The notes beneath the pieces were generated by a model, which made no database searches, had not been told where the DNA came from, and was given only the letters and a program-made list of their open reading frames with translations. Below are positions 10,549 to 25,879 of a DNA stretch of 59,111 nt, in pieces (positions within the stretch are counted from its first letter, which is position 1; every line of letters begins with the position of its first letter). The stretch is from the NCBI GenBank assembly GCA_011524735.1, contig WTJS01000127.1, positions 4,652 to 63,762 on the forward strand, in the 5' to 3' direction. The stretch comes from Alphaproteobacteria bacterium. Its GTDB lineage: Bacteria > Pseudomonadota > Alphaproteobacteria > Puniceispirillales > Puniceispirillaceae. A program made the translations under genes and the position numbers.

Positions 10549-13485
10549 ATGGATGATGCGGCGCAACCTCCAGCGCAGTCAGGTCAGGTTGATAGAGACA
10601 GCGGCGCTGGAATGGATTTCGATCTTACCTTCCTGTCAGCGGCAAATGCCACTTTCATCGCAGAAATGAATGCTGCCTGGCGGCGGGACCCATCAGCGGT
10701 GGACAAGCGTTGGGCAGCTTATTTCGAACAGTTGAATGCTCTCGGTGAAACATCCCCTGAGATAGATGCTGGCCCAAGCTGGGCGCGAAGTGAAAGCCGC
10801 ATTGTTGGCGCGACCGATCCGGCGGAATCCGTGAATGCAGTTGCCGCTGGCCATGCAGCCGGACGGGTAATGAATGCCACCGACATGCGGGCAGCGACGC
10901 TGGACTCTCTGCGGGCGGTGATGCTGATCCGGGCGTATCGGATCCGGGGGCATCTTCTTGCCGATCTTGACCCGCTGGCACTTGAAAATAAGCCGCTTCA
11001 CCCTGAGCTTGATCCAGCCACCTATGGGTTTACGGCTGAAGATTGGGATCGTCCCATTTTCATTAATTATGTCCTTGGGCTGGAAACGGCGACACTGCGC
11101 GAGATTGTAGATCTCTTGCGCAAGACCTATTGCGGCACCATCGGTGTGGAATTCATGCATATTCAGGATCCGGCTCAGAAGGCCTGGATACAGGAACGCA
11201 TCGAGGCCATTGGCAACCGCACTGACTTTACCAAGCGCGGCAAGAAGGCGATTTATGAGCGCCTTGTCGATGCTGAAGAATTCGAAAAATATCTGCACAA
11301 AAAATATACCGGTACCAAACGATTCGGTATGGACGGTGCCGAGGCGATGATCCCGGCGATCGAACAAATTCTGAAGCGTGGTACCCAGCTGGGCGTCAAG
11401 GAAATCGTTGTTGGCATGGCTCACCGGGGCCGTCTTAACGTGCTGCATAATGTGTTCAGCAAGCCGTTCCGCGCAATCATCTCGGAATTCCTTGGCAACC
11501 CGGCAAACCCGGAAAATGCTGGTGGTTCGGGTGACGTGAAATATCACATGGGTGCGTCGTCAGATCGTGAATTTGACGGTAAGAACGTCCATCTCAGCCT
11601 GGCGCCGAACCCTTCGCATCTTGAAATCGTCGATCCAGTCGTGATTGGCCGTGTTCGTGCCAAGCAGGAACAACATAAAGATGGTGATCGCACTGGGGTG
11701 GTTGGCATCCTTGTACATGGTGATGCGGCCTTTGCAGGTCAGGGCGTCGTGGCTGAGACCTTCGCCTTCTCCGCGCTCCGCGGCTATCGCACTGGCGGCA
11801 CCATCCATATCATCGTGAACAATCAGATTGGCTTTACCACAAGCCCGCATTATTCGCGGTCTTCGCCCTATCCAACGGATGTGGCCAAGATGGTGATGGC
11901 ACCAATCTTCCATGTAAATGGAGATGATCCGGAAGCGGTTGTACATGCCGCGCGCATTGCTATCGAATTCCGGCAGGCATTCGGTATCGATGTTGTCATT
12001 GATATGTTCTGCTATCGGCGGTTTGGTCACAATGAAGGCGATGAACCGATGTTCACCCAGCCTTTGATGTATAAGACTATTTCCAAACATCGCACGACCC
12101 GCACGATCTATGCTGACAAGCTTGTTGCCGAGGGCATTCTGGATGCTGAAACAGCCCAGAAGGTTGTCGATGACCGCATTGCCTATCTGGATACTGAGTT
12201 TGAGGCGGGAACCAATTATCGTCCGAACAAGGCCGACTGGCTGGAGGGAAGCTGGTCCGGCATGCGCGCCGCGCACGGTGTTGAACGCCGCGGTGATACG
12301 GCTGTTGATCTGGACACCTTGCGCCAGATTGGTGAGTCGATGACCACTGTGCCCGAGCATATGACGCTCAACAGCAAGCTTTCACGCATCATTGATACGC
12401 GGGCTAAGCGCATCAGCGAAGGCGAGGGACTGGATTGGGCAACTGCCGAGCATCTGGCGTTTGGATCACTGCTTCTGGAGGGCGATCCAGTTCGCCTGTC
12501 TGGCCAGGACTCCTGTCGTGGAACATTCAGCCAGCGACATGCCGTGCTTGTCGATCAGGCTACCGAAGAAAGGTACGCCCCGCTTGCGCATCTGTCTGAA
12601 GATCAGGCGATGTTCGAAGTTATCGATTCCCCGCTCTCAGAAGCGTCGGTGATGGGCTTTGAATATGGATTTTCGATGGCCGAGCCAAATGCTCTGGTCA
12701 TGTGGGAAGCACAGTTTGGTGATTTTGCCAACGGCGCCCAGGTGGTGATTGACCAGTTCATTTCATCTGGCGAATCCAAATGGCTGCGGATGAATGCATT
12801 GGTGCTGCTTTTGCCGCATGGATATGAGGGGCAGGGGCCTGAGCATTCTTCAGCGCGTCTGGAACGGTATCTTCAGCTCTGTGCTGAGGATAATATGCAG
12901 GTGGTGAATTGCACGACTCCAGCGAATTATTTCCATGTGCTTCGTCGTCAGCTGCGACGTGACTTCCGCAAGCCACTGGTAATCATGACCCCTAAATCGC
13001 TGCTCCGGCACAAGGCCTGTATTTCCAAGCTCGCCGATATGGGGCCGGGAACCACCTTCCATCGCCTTCTGGATGAGCGTGATACCAACGTAAAGTCAGG
13101 TAAGGCCAAGCGTCTGGTGATGTGCAGTGGCAAAGTCTATTACGATCTAGCTGCTGAGCGTGATTCGCGTGAAGAATGGGATACCGAAATCCTGCGTCTG
13201 GAGCAGCTCTATCCGTTCCCAAGCAAGGCGCTGACAGAAACGCTGGCGCTGACGCCTGATGCCACTGTTGTGTGGTGCCAGGAAGAACCAAAGAACATGG
13301 GAAGCTGGACCTTTGTGCGCGACTTTATCGAAGAGTCGATGCAGGAGGCTGGTATGAAGCAGGCCAGGTTGGCATATGCCGGACGTGACGCCGCAGCGTC
13401 ACCGGCAACTGGGTCACTTGCCCGGCATAACCGTGAGCAGGCAGCACTTGTCGCGGCGGCACTTGGTCATGGGGTTAGTGAATAG
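10549..13485 (+). CDS. sucA: 2-oxoglutarate dehydrogenase E1 (alternative start 10612)
   Basis: AYR.RGH, GMAHRGRLN, HGDAAFAGQG ThDP motif, WEAQFGDFANGAQ, EHSSARLER. Confidence 0.99.
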   Translation: MDDAAQPPAQSGQVDRDSGAGMDFDLTFLSAANATFIAEMNAAWRRDPSAVDKRWAAYFEQLNALGETSPEIDAGPSWARSESRIVGATDPAESVNAVAAGHAAGRVMNATDMRAATLDSLRAVMLIRAYRIRGHLLADLDPLALENKPLHPELDPATYGFTAEDWDRPIFINYVLGLETATLREIVDLLRKTYCGTIGVEFMHIQDPAQKAWIQERIEAIGNRTDFTKRGKKAIYERLVDAEEFEKYLHKKYTGTKRFGMDGAEAMIPAIEQILKRGTQLGVKEIVVGMAHRGRLNVLHNVFSKPFRAIISEFLGNPANPENAGGSGDVKYHMGASSDREFDGKNVHLSLAPNPSHLEIVDPVVIGRVRAKQEQHKDGDRTGVVGILVHGDAAFAGQGVVAETFAFSALRGYRTGGTIHIIVNNQIGFTTSPHYSRSSPYPTDVAKMVMAPIFHVNGDDPEAVVHAARIAIEFRQAFGIDVVIDMFCYRRFGHNEGDEPMFTQPLMYKTISKHRTTRTIYADKLVAEGILDAETAQKVVDDRIAYLDTEFEAGTNYRPNKADWLEGSWSGMRAAHGVERRGDTAVDLDTLRQIGESMTTVPEHMTLNSKLSRIIDTRAKRISEGEGLDWATAEHLAFGSLLLEGDPVRLSGQDSCRGTFSQRHAVLVDQATEERYAPLAHLSEDQAMFEVIDSPLSEASVMGFEYGFSMAEPNALVMWEAQFGDFANGAQVVIDQFISSGESKWLRMNALVLLLPHGYEGQGPEHSSARLERYLQLCAEDNMQVVNCTTPANYFHVLRRQLRRDFRKPLVIMTPKSLLRHKACISKLADMGPGTTFHRLLDERDTNVKSGKAKRLVMCSGKVYYDLAAERDSREEWDTEILRLEQLYPFPSKALTETLALTPDATVVWCQEEPKNMGSWTFVRDFIEESMQEAGMKQARLAYAGRDAAASPATGSLARHNREQAALVAAALGHGVSE

Positions 13486-13548
13486 GCGGATCCGTCCGCA
13501 GGGAATTCGCGGCTGGCAGCCGCAGTTTGGCAAGGAGGCCAGATTAGA

Positions 13549-14808
13549 ATGGCGATCGAAATTACAGTGCCAACTCTTGGTGAGTCAGTGGCGGATGCAA
13601 CCGTTGCCCGCTGGATGAAGTCAACCGGGGACGCGGTAGCGGCTGACGAACCTGTTGTCGAGCTGGAGACAGACAAGGTCACGCTTGAGGTGCCGGCTCC
13701 TGCAGCTGGCACAATGGGAGAGATCATCGCCGCCGAAGGCGCGAATGTGGAAGTCGGCGCGGTTCTGGGCATGCTGAATGAGGGCGCAGCTGCGGCATCT
13801 TCGCCAGCGGCTGCCGCCAAGGTTGAAGCGGCGCCTGCGCCCACCCCTGCATCAGCACCCGCACCGGCGGCTGCACCAGTGGCTGCAGCCTCCTCGGACT
13901 TGCCTCTGTCTCCGGCAGTGCGTCGCCTGGTGGAAGAAAACAATCTGAACCCAGCGGCCATTCGTGGCACTGGTGTTGATGGCCGCCTGACGAAGGCGGA
14001 TGTTCTGGCGCATATGAAGGGTGGTTCATCCAGCCAGTCAACGGCACCAGCTGCGGCACCGGCAGCGGCTTCAGCCGCACCGCGCCAGACCCCTCGCGCG
14101 GAAGACGCCGCACGCGAGGAGCGCGTGCCAATGTCGAAGCTGCGTCAGGTGATTGCCACACGTCTGAAGTCGGCGCAGAACACGGCCGCCATGCTGACCA
14201 CCTTCAATGAGGTGGATATGTCGGCCCTGATGACATTGCGCTCGGATTACCGTCAGGAATTTGAAGCCGCTCATGGAACCCGGCTTGGCTTTATGGGCAT
14301 GTTTGTTCTGGCTTCGGTCAAAGCCCTGCAGGAATTCCCAGCAGTGAATGCCGAAATCGATGGAACCGACATTATTTACAAGAACTACTACAATATCGGT
14401 GTCGCTGTTGGGACGCCGCAGGGTCTTGTTGTGCCGGTTGTTCGTGATGCTGGGGCTATGGGCCTTGCCGCGATTGAGACCAAGATTGCCGATTTTGGCG
14501 ACCGCGCTCGCAATGGCAAGATCACCCCGGATGATATGGCTGGCGGTAGCTTCACCATTTCAAATGGTGGGGTTTACGGATCGCTGATGTCGACCCCAAT
14601 CCTGAACCCGCCACAGAGTGGTATTCTGGGCATGCACAAAATCGAAAAGCGCCCCGTTGTCATTGATGACGCGGTTGTGATTCGCCCGATGATGTATCTT
14701 GCCCTTTCCTATGACCACCGAATCATTGATGGCCGTGAAGCTGTTTCTTTTCTGGCCCGCATCAAGGAACTTGTTGAAGATCCGCGCCGTCTGGTGCTCG
14801 GCGTCTGA
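13549..14808 (+). CDS. sucB: Dihydrolipoyllysine succinyltransferase E2
   Basis: Lipoyl motif ETDKVT, Ala/Pro linkers, E3-binding domain, DHRIIDG; AGGAGG RBS. Confidence 0.99.
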   Translation: MAIEITVPTLGESVADATVARWMKSTGDAVAADEPVVELETDKVTLEVPAPAAGTMGEIIAAEGANVEVGAVLGMLNEGAAAASSPAAAAKVEAAPAPTPASAPAPAAAPVAAASSDLPLSPAVRRLVEENNLNPAAIRGTGVDGRLTKADVLAHMKGGSSSQSTAPAAAPAAASAAPRQTPRAEDAAREERVPMSKLRQVIATRLKSAQNTAAMLTTFNEVDMSALMTLRSDYRQEFEAAHGTRLGFMGMFVLASVKALQEFPAVNAEIDGTDIIYKNYYNIGVAVGTPQGLVVPVVRDAGAMGLAAIETKIADFGDRARNGKITPDDMAGGSFTISNGGVYGSLMSTPILNPPQSGILGMHKIEKRPVVIDDAVVIRPMMYLALSYDHRIIDGREAVSFLARIKELVEDPRRLVLGV

Positions 14809-14860
14809 CGCAAAATATATGTCCATGCCGGATTGGTGTGACAGCCTGAAAAAGGGATGA

Positions 14861-16273
14861 ATGATGAGCAAGACCCAGTTTGATCTGATCGTGATTGGGG
14901 CGGGGCCTGGTGGTTATGTGGCCGCGATCCGTGCTGCCCAGCTAGGCATGAATGTGGCATGTGTTGAAAAGCGCACGACGCTCGGCGGCACCTGCCTGAA
15001 TGTGGGCTGCATCCCGTCAAAGGCATTGTTGAACGCGTCAGAGCATTATGCCGAAGCCGCTGGGGGTGGTCTTGCTGACCTTGGCATTGACGTTGGTAAG
15101 GTAAAGCTTGATCTCGCTAAGATGATGTCTGGCAAGGATGAGATTGTGTCGTCCCTGACAGGTGGTATTGATTTCCTGTTCAAGAAGAACAAGGTCACCC
15201 GCCTTCAGGGCGCCGCTCGCATTGATGGTCCCGGCAAGGTGACCGTCACTGATGGAGCGGATGCTGGCAGCTATGCAGCAGAGCGTATCCTGATCGCTAC
15301 TGGAAGCCATGCTTCCAGCCTGCCTGGAATTGAAATTGACGAACAGCGTATTGTCAGCTCAACAGGCGCTTTGTCGCTTGGGTCTGTACCGAAGAAGCTC
15401 GTCGTGATTGGGGCGGGCTATATCGGACTTGAACTTGGCACGGTTTGGGCCCGTCTTGGAGCCGAGGTTGAGGTAATCGAATTCCTGCCGCGCATTCTGC
15501 CTGGCATGGATGACGAGATTGCCAAAAAATTCATGGCAATGGCCAAGAAGCAGGGGCTGAAATTCCGTTTGAAGACAGCGGTCAAACAGGCCAAGGCAAC
15601 CAAGACAGGCGTGACGCTGACGGTGGAGCCTGCCGGTGGCGGTGACGCTGAGACAATCAAAGCAGATATTGCGCTTGTTTCAGTTGGACGGTATCCGGCG
15701 ACTGAAGGTCTTGGCCTTGAAGATGCCGGTGTCGCAATGACTGACCGCGGTCGTATCAAGGTGGATTCGCGCTTTGAAACGTCTGTTGAAGACATCTATG
15801 CCATTGGCGATGTTATTGATGGGCCGATGCTGGCGCACAAAGCTGAAGAAGACGGTGTCGCTGCGGTTGAAATGATGGCGGGGCTTGCCGGTCACGTGGA
15901 TTACGACCTTGTGCCTGGCATCGTCTATACCGCGCCAGAAGTAGCCACGCTTGGAAAAAGCGAAGAAGCCCTGAAGGCAGATGGTATTGCTTATAAGAAG
16001 GGCAGCTTCCCGTTTTCAGCAAACAGCCGTGCCAGGGCAGCCGGGCACACGGATGGATTTGTGAAGATCCTGGCCTGTGCCGGTACGGATCGTGTGCTTG
16101 GCGTTCATATCATTGGGCATGAGGCCGGCACCATCATTCATGAATGTGCCACTGCAATGGCCTTCGGTGCCTCGTCCGAGGATATCGCCCGCACCTGCCA
16201 TGGTCATCCGACGTTGAACGAAGCCGTCAAGGAAGCAGCGCTTGCCGTAGATGGTCGCGCCATTCACATGTAA
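14861..16273 (+). CDS. lpdA: Dihydrolipoyl dehydrogenase E3
   Basis: GAGPGGY, GGTCLNVGCIPSK redox disulfide, HPTLNE. Confidence 0.99.
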   Translation: MMSKTQFDLIVIGAGPGGYVAAIRAAQLGMNVACVEKRTTLGGTCLNVGCIPSKALLNASEHYAEAAGGGLADLGIDVGKVKLDLAKMMSGKDEIVSSLTGGIDFLFKKNKVTRLQGAARIDGPGKVTVTDGADAGSYAAERILIATGSHASSLPGIEIDEQRIVSSTGALSLGSVPKKLVVIGAGYIGLELGTVWARLGAEVEVIEFLPRILPGMDDEIAKKFMAMAKKQGLKFRLKTAVKQAKATKTGVTLTVEPAGGGDAETIKADIALVSVGRYPATEGLGLEDAGVAMTDRGRIKVDSRFETSVEDIYAIGDVIDGPMLAHKAEEDGVAAVEMMAGLAGHVDYDLVPGIVYTAPEVATLGKSEEALKADGIAYKKGSFPFSANSRARAAGHTDGFVKILACAGTDRVLGVHIIGHEAGTIIHECATAMAFGASSEDIARTCHGHPTLNEAVKEAALAVDGRAIHM

Positions 16274-16300
16274 TTGCTGCGAGGCTTGGCACAGCTCTGT

Positions 16301-17209
16301 TTAGCCGGCACGTGGGTGGGTTTCGCGGTGCAGACGTAGCAGATGGGCCTCGTCAACGCTTGTATAACGCTGTGTTGTCGACAGGCTGGCGTGCCCCAAC
16401 AGTTCCTGAATGGCACGCAAATCTGCGCCATTCCCGAGTAGATGTGTCGCAAAGGCATGACGCAATGCATGTGGTGTCACATGCTCTGGAAGGTTCAGTT
16501 CCATACGCAGGGATTCGACAAGCCTCTGCGCCGCGCGCGGGCCAAAGGCATTACCGCGAGCGCTGAGAAACAGGGGCGAATCGGGCCCAGGATCAAAGGG
16601 ACAGACGTTCAGATAGGCTGACACCGCTTCAGCGACGGCGGGCAGCACTGGAACCTCGCGAATTTTATTGCCCTTTCCGGTGATGCGAAGCCACTCGCCA
16701 AGCGGCGCTTCACGACGCTGCAGGCTCAACGCTTCGGACACCCGCAATCCACAGCCATATAGAAGCATCAATACGGCAAAGTCACGTGACTTGCCCCATT
16801 CCTCTCCTCGCCGACGAAAAATCGCTGCCATGAGGCTGCGTGCTTCCTCTTCCGACACCGGTTTGGGAACAGATTTCGGGGGTTTTGGGGCTTTCAGCCA
16901 AGCGAGGTCGGCAACGTCCATTCGGCCTGTCCGGCCACAGAATCGGTAAAAGCTGCGAAGGGCAGAAACGCGCCGCGCGATGGTTGTACGGGCAAGGTTG
17001 CGTGCTGCCATTTCAGCAAGCCAGCCGCGGAAAAGACGTCTATCTGGGGTTAGGTCACAGACCGCATCGGTCTGATGGGCAAGAAACCCTTCATAGTCCT
17101 CAAGATCAGCGGCATAGGCGGCAAGCGTGTTGGCTCCATAACGACGCTCTGTCTCCAGCCAGCCAAGCCACGCTTGCCGGCTGGAGTCATGATGTGGTGC
17201 TGTTGCCAT
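16301..17209 (-). CDS. xerC: Tyrosine recombinase XerC
   Basis: Catalytic R (GLRVSE), K (GKGNK), HALRH, LLGH, TTQRY; convergent with lpdA as in many alphaproteobacteria. Confidence 0.9.
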   Translation of the reverse strand: MATAPHHDSSRQAWLGWLETERRYGANTLAAYAADLEDYEGFLAHQTDAVCDLTPDRRLFRGWLAEMAARNLARTTIARRVSALRSFYRFCGRTGRMDVADLAWLKAPKPPKSVPKPVSEEEARSLMAAIFRRRGEEWGKSRDFAVLMLLYGCGLRVSEALSLQRREAPLGEWLRITGKGNKIREVPVLPAVAEAVSAYLNVCPFDPGPDSPLFLSARGNAFGPRAAQRLVESLRMELNLPEHVTPHALRHAFATHLLGNGADLRAIQELLGHASLSTTQRYTSVDEAHLLRLHRETHPRAG

Positions 17210-17226
17210 GTCAGCGTTCTAACTGG

Positions 17227-17880
17227 TTACAGGATTGACTGGCCGGTTCCTTCCCAGTCGGAGATGAAGGCGGCAAGGCCCTTGTCTGTCAGCGGGTGTT
17301 TGTACAGTGCACCCAGGATTTTTGGCGGAAGCGTGACGACATCAGCGCCAAGCATCGCTGCGTCGACAACATGCTGGGTGCTGCGCACTGAAGCGACTAG
17401 AACTTCAGTATCAAATCCGAACTGATCATAAATGGTGCAGATTTCCTCGATCAGACCCATGCCGTCAGCACCGAGATCGTCAAGACGGCCAACAAAGGGC
17501 GAGATGAAGGTCGCGCCAGCCTTGGCTGCGAGAAGTGCCTGACCTGCCGTAAAGCAAAGGGTAACATTGACCTGCGTGCCCGCGTCGCTGAGCGCGCGGC
17601 AGGTGCGAAGCCCATCCTCGGTCAACGGAACCTTGACGGTGACGTTCGGAGCCAGTGCCGCAAGCTTTTTGCCTTCGGCCAGCATCGTTTCGAAGTCGGT
17701 TGCCGCAACCTCAGCGCTAACCGGGCCGTCAACAAGCTCACAGATTTCGGAGATGGCATCCAGAATATTACGGCCTGACTTAGCGATCAGCGATGGGTTG
17801 GTTGTCACACCATCCACGAAGCCGCTGGCGATATAGGTCTGAATTTCGCCAATATCGGCGCTGTCGAGGAAAATTTTCAT
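17227..17880 (-). CDS. tal: Transaldolase (short TalC/FSA family)
   Basis: [16 protein letters not shown], Schiff-base VKVP; SAEV Glu and SPFVGR Phe indicate transaldolase rather than FSA; true start ATG 17880. Confidence 0.92.
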   Translation of the reverse strand: MKIFLDSADIGEIQTYIASGFVDGVTTNPSLIAKSGRNILDAISEICELVDGPVSAEVAATDFETMLAEGKKLAALAPNVTVKVPLTEDGLRTCRALSDAGTQVNVTLCFTAGQALLAAKAGATFISPFVGRLDDLGADGMGLIEEICTIYDQFGFDTEVLVASVRSTQHVVDAAMLGADVVTLPPKILGALYKHPLTDKGLAAFISDWEGTGQSIL

Positions 17881-18008
17881 GTCGAGATATCCGCTCTCCG
17901 GTGTAGGTTGATGTCGGATGATCCGACGCGACAATTCTATCGCATGCCGCGTGGTAAATCCACCTGCCCAGATGAGGCTGGATTGATACAACCAGAACGG
18001 GCCTGAAC

Positions 18009-20219
18009 GTGACCGCCACTCCTCCATCAGCCAACATCCAGCAAACCGGTTCCGCGGTTCAAGTGGCGGTTGCCGTGCCGTTGGACCGGGTTTTTGACTA
18101 TGCGGCAGATGGCCATGGTGAGTTGCCGCGGGGTACGATCGTTGCTGTGCCGTTCGGCCCGCGTCAGCTGCACGGGGTTGTGCTTGGTAAGGCAAAGGGC
18201 GATGTGGCTCCTGAGGCGTTGAAAGCTATAACCGGGGTTGCGCCTGTTGATGCGCTTACCCCATCCTTTGTCGATTTTCTGGAACGTGTCGCAGCCTGGA
18301 CCATGGCGCCAATTGGCAGTGTTGTGAAAATGGCTCTCAGTCAGCCAAAAGCACTGCAGATGCCGCCGCAGCGCAAACTCTACCGTCGTCCTGACCCATT
18401 ACCAGATGCAGAAAAACTTACCGTAGCGCGCCAGCGTGTTGCTGACATTCTGAATGTTGTTGGTGCAATGACCACTGCGGACATCCAGCGCGAAGCCGGA
18501 GTCAGTGCTGGGGTCGTAACTGGCATGGAAAAGGCAGGAAGTTTAGAAGCGCTTTTTGTCACTGATGACCGTCCGCCGCCTGTGCCACAGCCCTTGGCAG
18601 GCCCGTCGCTGTCAGACGATCAGCAAGCTGCAACAGCCGCTATGTCTGCCCGCCTTGGTGACGGTTTTGTGCCCTTTCTTCTTGATGGGGTCACCGGGTC
18701 AGGCAAAACAGAGGTTTATTTCGATACTGTTCAGCGGGTGCTGGATGCAGGCCGTCAGGTGTTGATCCTGCTTCCTGAAATTGCACTGTCGGCCGCGTGG
18801 AAGCAGCGGTTCTGTAATCGGTTTGGTGTGATGCCGACCGAATGGCATTCCGACGTAGGTGAGGGACGCAAGCGCCGTGCCTGGCGTCATGCATTGTCTG
18901 GCGATGCGAAAGTGGTCGTCGGTGCGCGCTCGGCCCTGTTTTTGCCCTTTAGTAATTTGGGGTTGATTATCGTCGATGAAGAACATGAGCATGCTTATAA
19001 ACAGGAAGATCAGGTTGTTTATCAGGCGCGTGATATGGCGGTGCTGCGTGCCCGGCTTTCAGCCTGCCCGGTGATTCTGGCCTCGGCGACACCGTCGCTG
19101 GAAAGCTGGGCTAATGCTGGCATGGTGGGTGATCCGCCTCGTTACCATCGGATTGTGCTACCACATCGAATCGGACGTGCAACCCTGCCGGAAATTCGGG
19201 CCGTTGATTTGCGGCGGACTCCACCGGAAAAGGGACGTTGGTTGGCACCGCCACTGGTTGAGGCGATTGCAGACAGGTTGGAAAAAGGAGAGCAGTCTCT
19301 GCTGTTTTTGAACAGACGTGGTTATGCACCGCTGACGCTGTGTGGGGCATGCGGTCATAAGGTTACCTGTCCGAACTGCGATAGCTGGATGGTAACCCAC
19401 CGGTTGGCTGGCCGTCTGAAATGTCATTATTGCGGGTTTGAGGCGCGGCCGCAGACAGACTGTGCCGCCTGTGGTGAGAAAGACAGCATGCAAGCTTGTG
19501 GCCCCGGCGTTGAACGACTGGCAGAAGAAGTGTTGCAGCGGTTTCCCGAAGCAAGGTTTGCCGTATTTTCAAGTGATACAGTTGCCACCCCTGGTGGGGC
19601 TGAAAGCTTCGTCAGGTCGGTCATGGATGGCGAAGTGGACATTATCGTTGGCACACAGATGGCCGCCAAGGGACATCATTTCCCGAAGCTCACGCTTGTG
19701 GGAATCGTTGATGCTGATTTGGGGCTGGCAGGTGGTGATCTCAGGGCGGCAGAACGTAGTTTTCAGATGCTGGCTCAGGTTGCTGGCCGCGCCGGACGGG
19801 AAGACAGGCCCGGGCTTGCCATGTTGCAGACTGTCGATGTCACCAATCCAGTAATGCAGGCCCTTTTGGGTGGTGATCGTGACACTTTTCTAAAGAGTGA
19901 GGCTGACGCCAGACGCTTTGCCACTATGCCACCCTTCGGCAGGCTGGCTGGTCTGGTGCTGTCTGCCCCGGATGAGGCCAGACTTATTCAGGCCATGCAG
20001 CAGCTGGCATCGGCCCGCCCTAATTATCATGGCGTCACCATTTTCGGGCCGAGCATGGCGCCCCTGGGGTTTCTGCGCGGCCGATATCGTGGACGGGCAC
20101 TGATACAAGCCGAAAAGACAGTCGACCTTCAGGCTGTTATCACTTCATGGCTGGAAGGGGTCAGCCTTGCGTCCGGGGTGCGCCTCCAGGTTGATATTGA
20201 CCCTTACAATTTCCTGTAG
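18009..20219 (+). CDS. priA: Primosomal protein N'
   Basis: [23 protein letters not shown], four CxxC zinc motifs, QVAGRAGR. Confidence 0.98.
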   Translation: MTATPPSANIQQTGSAVQVAVAVPLDRVFDYAADGHGELPRGTIVAVPFGPRQLHGVVLGKAKGDVAPEALKAITGVAPVDALTPSFVDFLERVAAWTMAPIGSVVKMALSQPKALQMPPQRKLYRRPDPLPDAEKLTVARQRVADILNVVGAMTTADIQREAGVSAGVVTGMEKAGSLEALFVTDDRPPPVPQPLAGPSLSDDQQAATAAMSARLGDGFVPFLLDGVTGSGKTEVYFDTVQRVLDAGRQVLILLPEIALSAAWKQRFCNRFGVMPTEWHSDVGEGRKRRAWRHALSGDAKVVVGARSALFLPFSNLGLIIVDEEHEHAYKQEDQVVYQARDMAVLRARLSACPVILASATPSLESWANAGMVGDPPRYHRIVLPHRIGRATLPEIRAVDLRRTPPEKGRWLAPPLVEAIADRLEKGEQSLLFLNRRGYAPLTLCGACGHKVTCPNCDSWMVTHRLAGRLKCHYCGFEARPQTDCAACGEKDSMQACGPGVERLAEEVLQRFPEARFAVFSSDTVATPGGAESFVRSVMDGEVDIIVGTQMAAKGHHFPKLTLVGIVDADLGLAGGDLRAAERSFQMLAQVAGRAGREDRPGLAMLQTVDVTNPVMQALLGGDRDTFLKSEADARRFATMPPFGRLAGLVLSAPDEARLIQAMQQLASARPNYHGVTIFGPSMAPLGFLRGRYRGRALIQAEKTVDLQAVITSWLEGVSLASGVRLQVDIDPYNFL

Positions 20220-20429
20220 TCAGTCGCTACCATGTGTAATGGTGCCCCAAAGGCTGATATGACAGGTTGCGGAAGCAGGAATGGCAACTTGGAGTGCCAT
20301 TTTCACCCCTTGGCGCTTGTTTTTCCATTACGGGTATGATAGCCAGCACACCGGTGTGAAAACATTGGTCCGGCATGGGCGAAATGCTGCACACCATCTG
20401 TCAAAACTCCTGCTGATGAGGGCACGTCA

Positions 20430-22519
<2,090 letters not shown>

Positions 22520-22568
22520 GCCCGCTAAAGCTGGTCTGTAGGTTGCGCTGGTTAATGGAGTCTGATGC

Positions 22569-23450
22569 ATGCCATCGTTGAAGGATCTAAAAACACGCAT
22601 CAATAGCGTGAAGTCGACGCAGAAAATCACCTCAGCCATGAAGATGGTTGCGGCGGCCAAGCTGCGTCGGGCCCAAGAGGCGGCCGAAAAAGGCCGTCCT
22701 TACGCCGATCGCATGCAGCAGATCGTCAACTCGCTCGCTGCCAAGGCAGAGCCAAGTTCTGCTCCTCAGCTTCTTGTCGGCAACGGCAAAGATGAGACAC
22801 ATCTGCTGATTATTGTGTCAGCGGACCGGGGCCTTTGTGGTGGCTTCAATGGTGCCATCACGCGTCAAACCCGCAATGAAGTGGCGCGGCTGCGGTCTAA
22901 AGGTAAGACCGTTAAGCTGTTGATGGTCGGACGCAAATCTGCTGATGCGTTGCGCCGCGAACTTGGCGATTCTTATCTGGAGAGCCTCGAAGGTATTCAG
23001 GGTACGTCAGTCTCCTTTGCCGACGCAGCATCGATTGGCGATACGGTTCGCAACGGTTTTGAAGCTGGTGAATTTGACGTCTGTACTGTCATCTTCAACA
23101 AGTTCAAGTCAGCCATCTCTCAGGAAGTAACGCTGAAGAAGCTGATTCCTGCTGAAGTCGGCGAGGCCGAGGAAGCCCCAGCGGATGAGGTGTCGGTTTC
23201 GTACGAGTATGAGCCGGAAGAAGAAGCCCTTCTTGCAGCCGTGCTGCCGCGCAACATCTCGACGCAGATCTACAGCGCGCTTCTGGAATCATCGGCGTCA
23301 GAGTTGGCTGCCAGAATGACTGCAATGGATAATGCCACCCGTAACGCGGGTGACCTGATCGAACGTCTGACACTTGTCTATAACCGGACACGTCAGGCGA
23401 CCATCACCAAAGAACTGATCGAAATCATTTCCGGCGCCGAAGCGGTGTAA
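22569..23450 (+). CDS. atpG: ATP synthase F1 gamma subunit
   Basis: [40 protein letters not shown]. Confidence 0.99.
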   Translation: MPSLKDLKTRINSVKSTQKITSAMKMVAAAKLRRAQEAAEKGRPYADRMQQIVNSLAAKAEPSSAPQLLVGNGKDETHLLIIVSADRGLCGGFNGAITRQTRNEVARLRSKGKTVKLLMVGRKSADALRRELGDSYLESLEGIQGTSVSFADAASIGDTVRNGFEAGEFDVCTVIFNKFKSAISQEVTLKKLIPAEVGEAEEAPADEVSVSYEYEPEEEALLAAVLPRNISTQIYSALLESSASELAARMTAMDNATRNAGDLIERLTLVYNRTRQATITKELIEIISGAEAV

Positions 23451-24905
<1,455 letters not shown>

Positions 24906-24949
24906 GGCAGCGCCAGCGGACTTCGTCTGAGCTAAGGGAGTAAAAGGCC

Positions 24950-25303
24950 ATGGCCGAAACAACCCATCTTGAACTGGTGACCCCAGCTGACATCATGGTG
25001 CAGAAGGCCGCCAACATGGTGGTTGCGCCGGGTGCAGAGGGCTTCTTTGGAGCTATGCCGCGCCATGCGCCGCTTCTGTCTGATTTGGTGCGCGGTGTCG
25101 TAGAAGTCCATGAGGGCGGCAAGGTGGTCAACCGCTACATGATTGACGGTGGGTTGGCTGATGTGTCGGGGGAGTCTGTCACAATCCTGACAGAGCGTGC
25201 CGAGGACCTCGACGCTGTGAAGCGTGAAGACATTAAGTCGCGTGCTGAGGCTGCTACAGGTGCAGAGGCGGATTTTCTGAATGCGGTGCTTGAGGCTTTG
25301 TAA
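24950..25303 (+). CDS. atpC: ATP synthase F1 epsilon subunit
   Basis: LELVTP, PG.EG.FG.MP.HAP; last gene of the atpHAGDC operon. Confidence 0.95.
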   Translation: MAETTHLELVTPADIMVQKAANMVVAPGAEGFFGAMPRHAPLLSDLVRGVVEVHEGGKVVNRYMIDGGLADVSGESVTILTERAEDLDAVKREDIKSRAEAATGAEADFLNAVLEAL

Positions 25304-25333
25304 ATTTCTATAGCTTCAATGAGATATAACGAC

Positions 25334-25362
25334 AAAAACCCGGCTTGAATGCCGGGTTTTTT
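25334..25362. terminator. Bidirectional intrinsic terminator between atpC and rppH
   Basis: AAAAACCCGGC-ttgaat-GCCGGGTTTTTT; U-tracts on both strands. Confidence 0.88.
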
Positions 25363-25396
25363 GGTGCAAGACGCGGCAGAGTGCTAACCTTCAGCT

Positions 25397-25879
25397 TTAG
25401 AGGAGCGCCGCAAACTCACTCATCACAGACACGTAGACGTCGCGCTTGAAGGGTACGGCAAGATCTACAAGTGTGTGCGGATCAACCCACTTCCATTCAC
25501 AGAATTCTGGCTCTTCAGTCTCGATGTTGATGTCAGCATCCGTGCCGGTATACCGGAGCGCAACCCATCGCTGTTTCTGACCGCGGTATTGCCCATGCCA
25601 AAGCTTGTCGGCTAACGGCACAGGAATATCGTAAAATAGCCACTCACTGTGCTCCTGAAGAAACTCAGCTTTCTGTGTGCCAATCTCCTCACCCATCTCC
25701 CGAAGGCAGGCTTCAACAATGCTCTCACCATGATCAATACCGCCCTGCGGCATCTGCCACGCATCAGCACGGTTGTCGATACGGCGGCCGGCAAACAGCT
25801 TGCCTTCAGCATTCAGCAGAAAGATACCGACACAGGGTCGATAGGCCCGGTCCTCATAAGGAATAGCAATAGCACTCAT
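25397..25879 (-). CDS. rppH: RNA pyrophosphohydrolase (Nudix)
   Basis: YRPCVG, WQMPQGGID.GE...A.LREM.EEIG Nudix box, GQKQRW, VPFKRDVY. Confidence 0.96.
   Translation of the reverse strand: MSAIAIPYEDRAYRPCVGIFLLNAEGKLFAGRRIDNRADAWQMPQGGIDHGESIVEACLREMGEEIGTQKAEFLQEHSEWLFYDIPVPLADKLWHGQYRGQKQRWVALRYTGTDADINIETEEPEFCEWKWVDPHTLVDLAVPFKRDVYVSVMSEFAALL

Noticed and set aside
10693-12360. Long antisense ORFs (284 and 266 aa) opposite sucA; similar ones opposite sdhA, atpA, etfA (46228-47010), folD (48932-49747) and argD
   Set aside because: Shadow frames caused by codon bias of conserved genes; no motifs or RBS, and they are fully nested in confident CDSs
13486-13523. Two small GC hairpins between sucA and sucB (and one between rplU and rpmA) as a REP-like family
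   Set aside because: No shared sequence between them; probably ordinary mRNA stability elements
13790-14100. Ala/Pro-rich repeats in sucB
   Set aside because: Normal flexible E2 linkers
16301-17209. Tyrosine recombinase as a possible integrase or mobile element
   Set aside because: Size, motifs and lpdA/priA context fit housekeeping XerC; no att repeats or cargo
17881-18195. 105-aa N-terminal extension of transaldolase in the ORF track
   Set aside because: Overlaps priA and its promoter region; the family starts at MKIFLD (17880)
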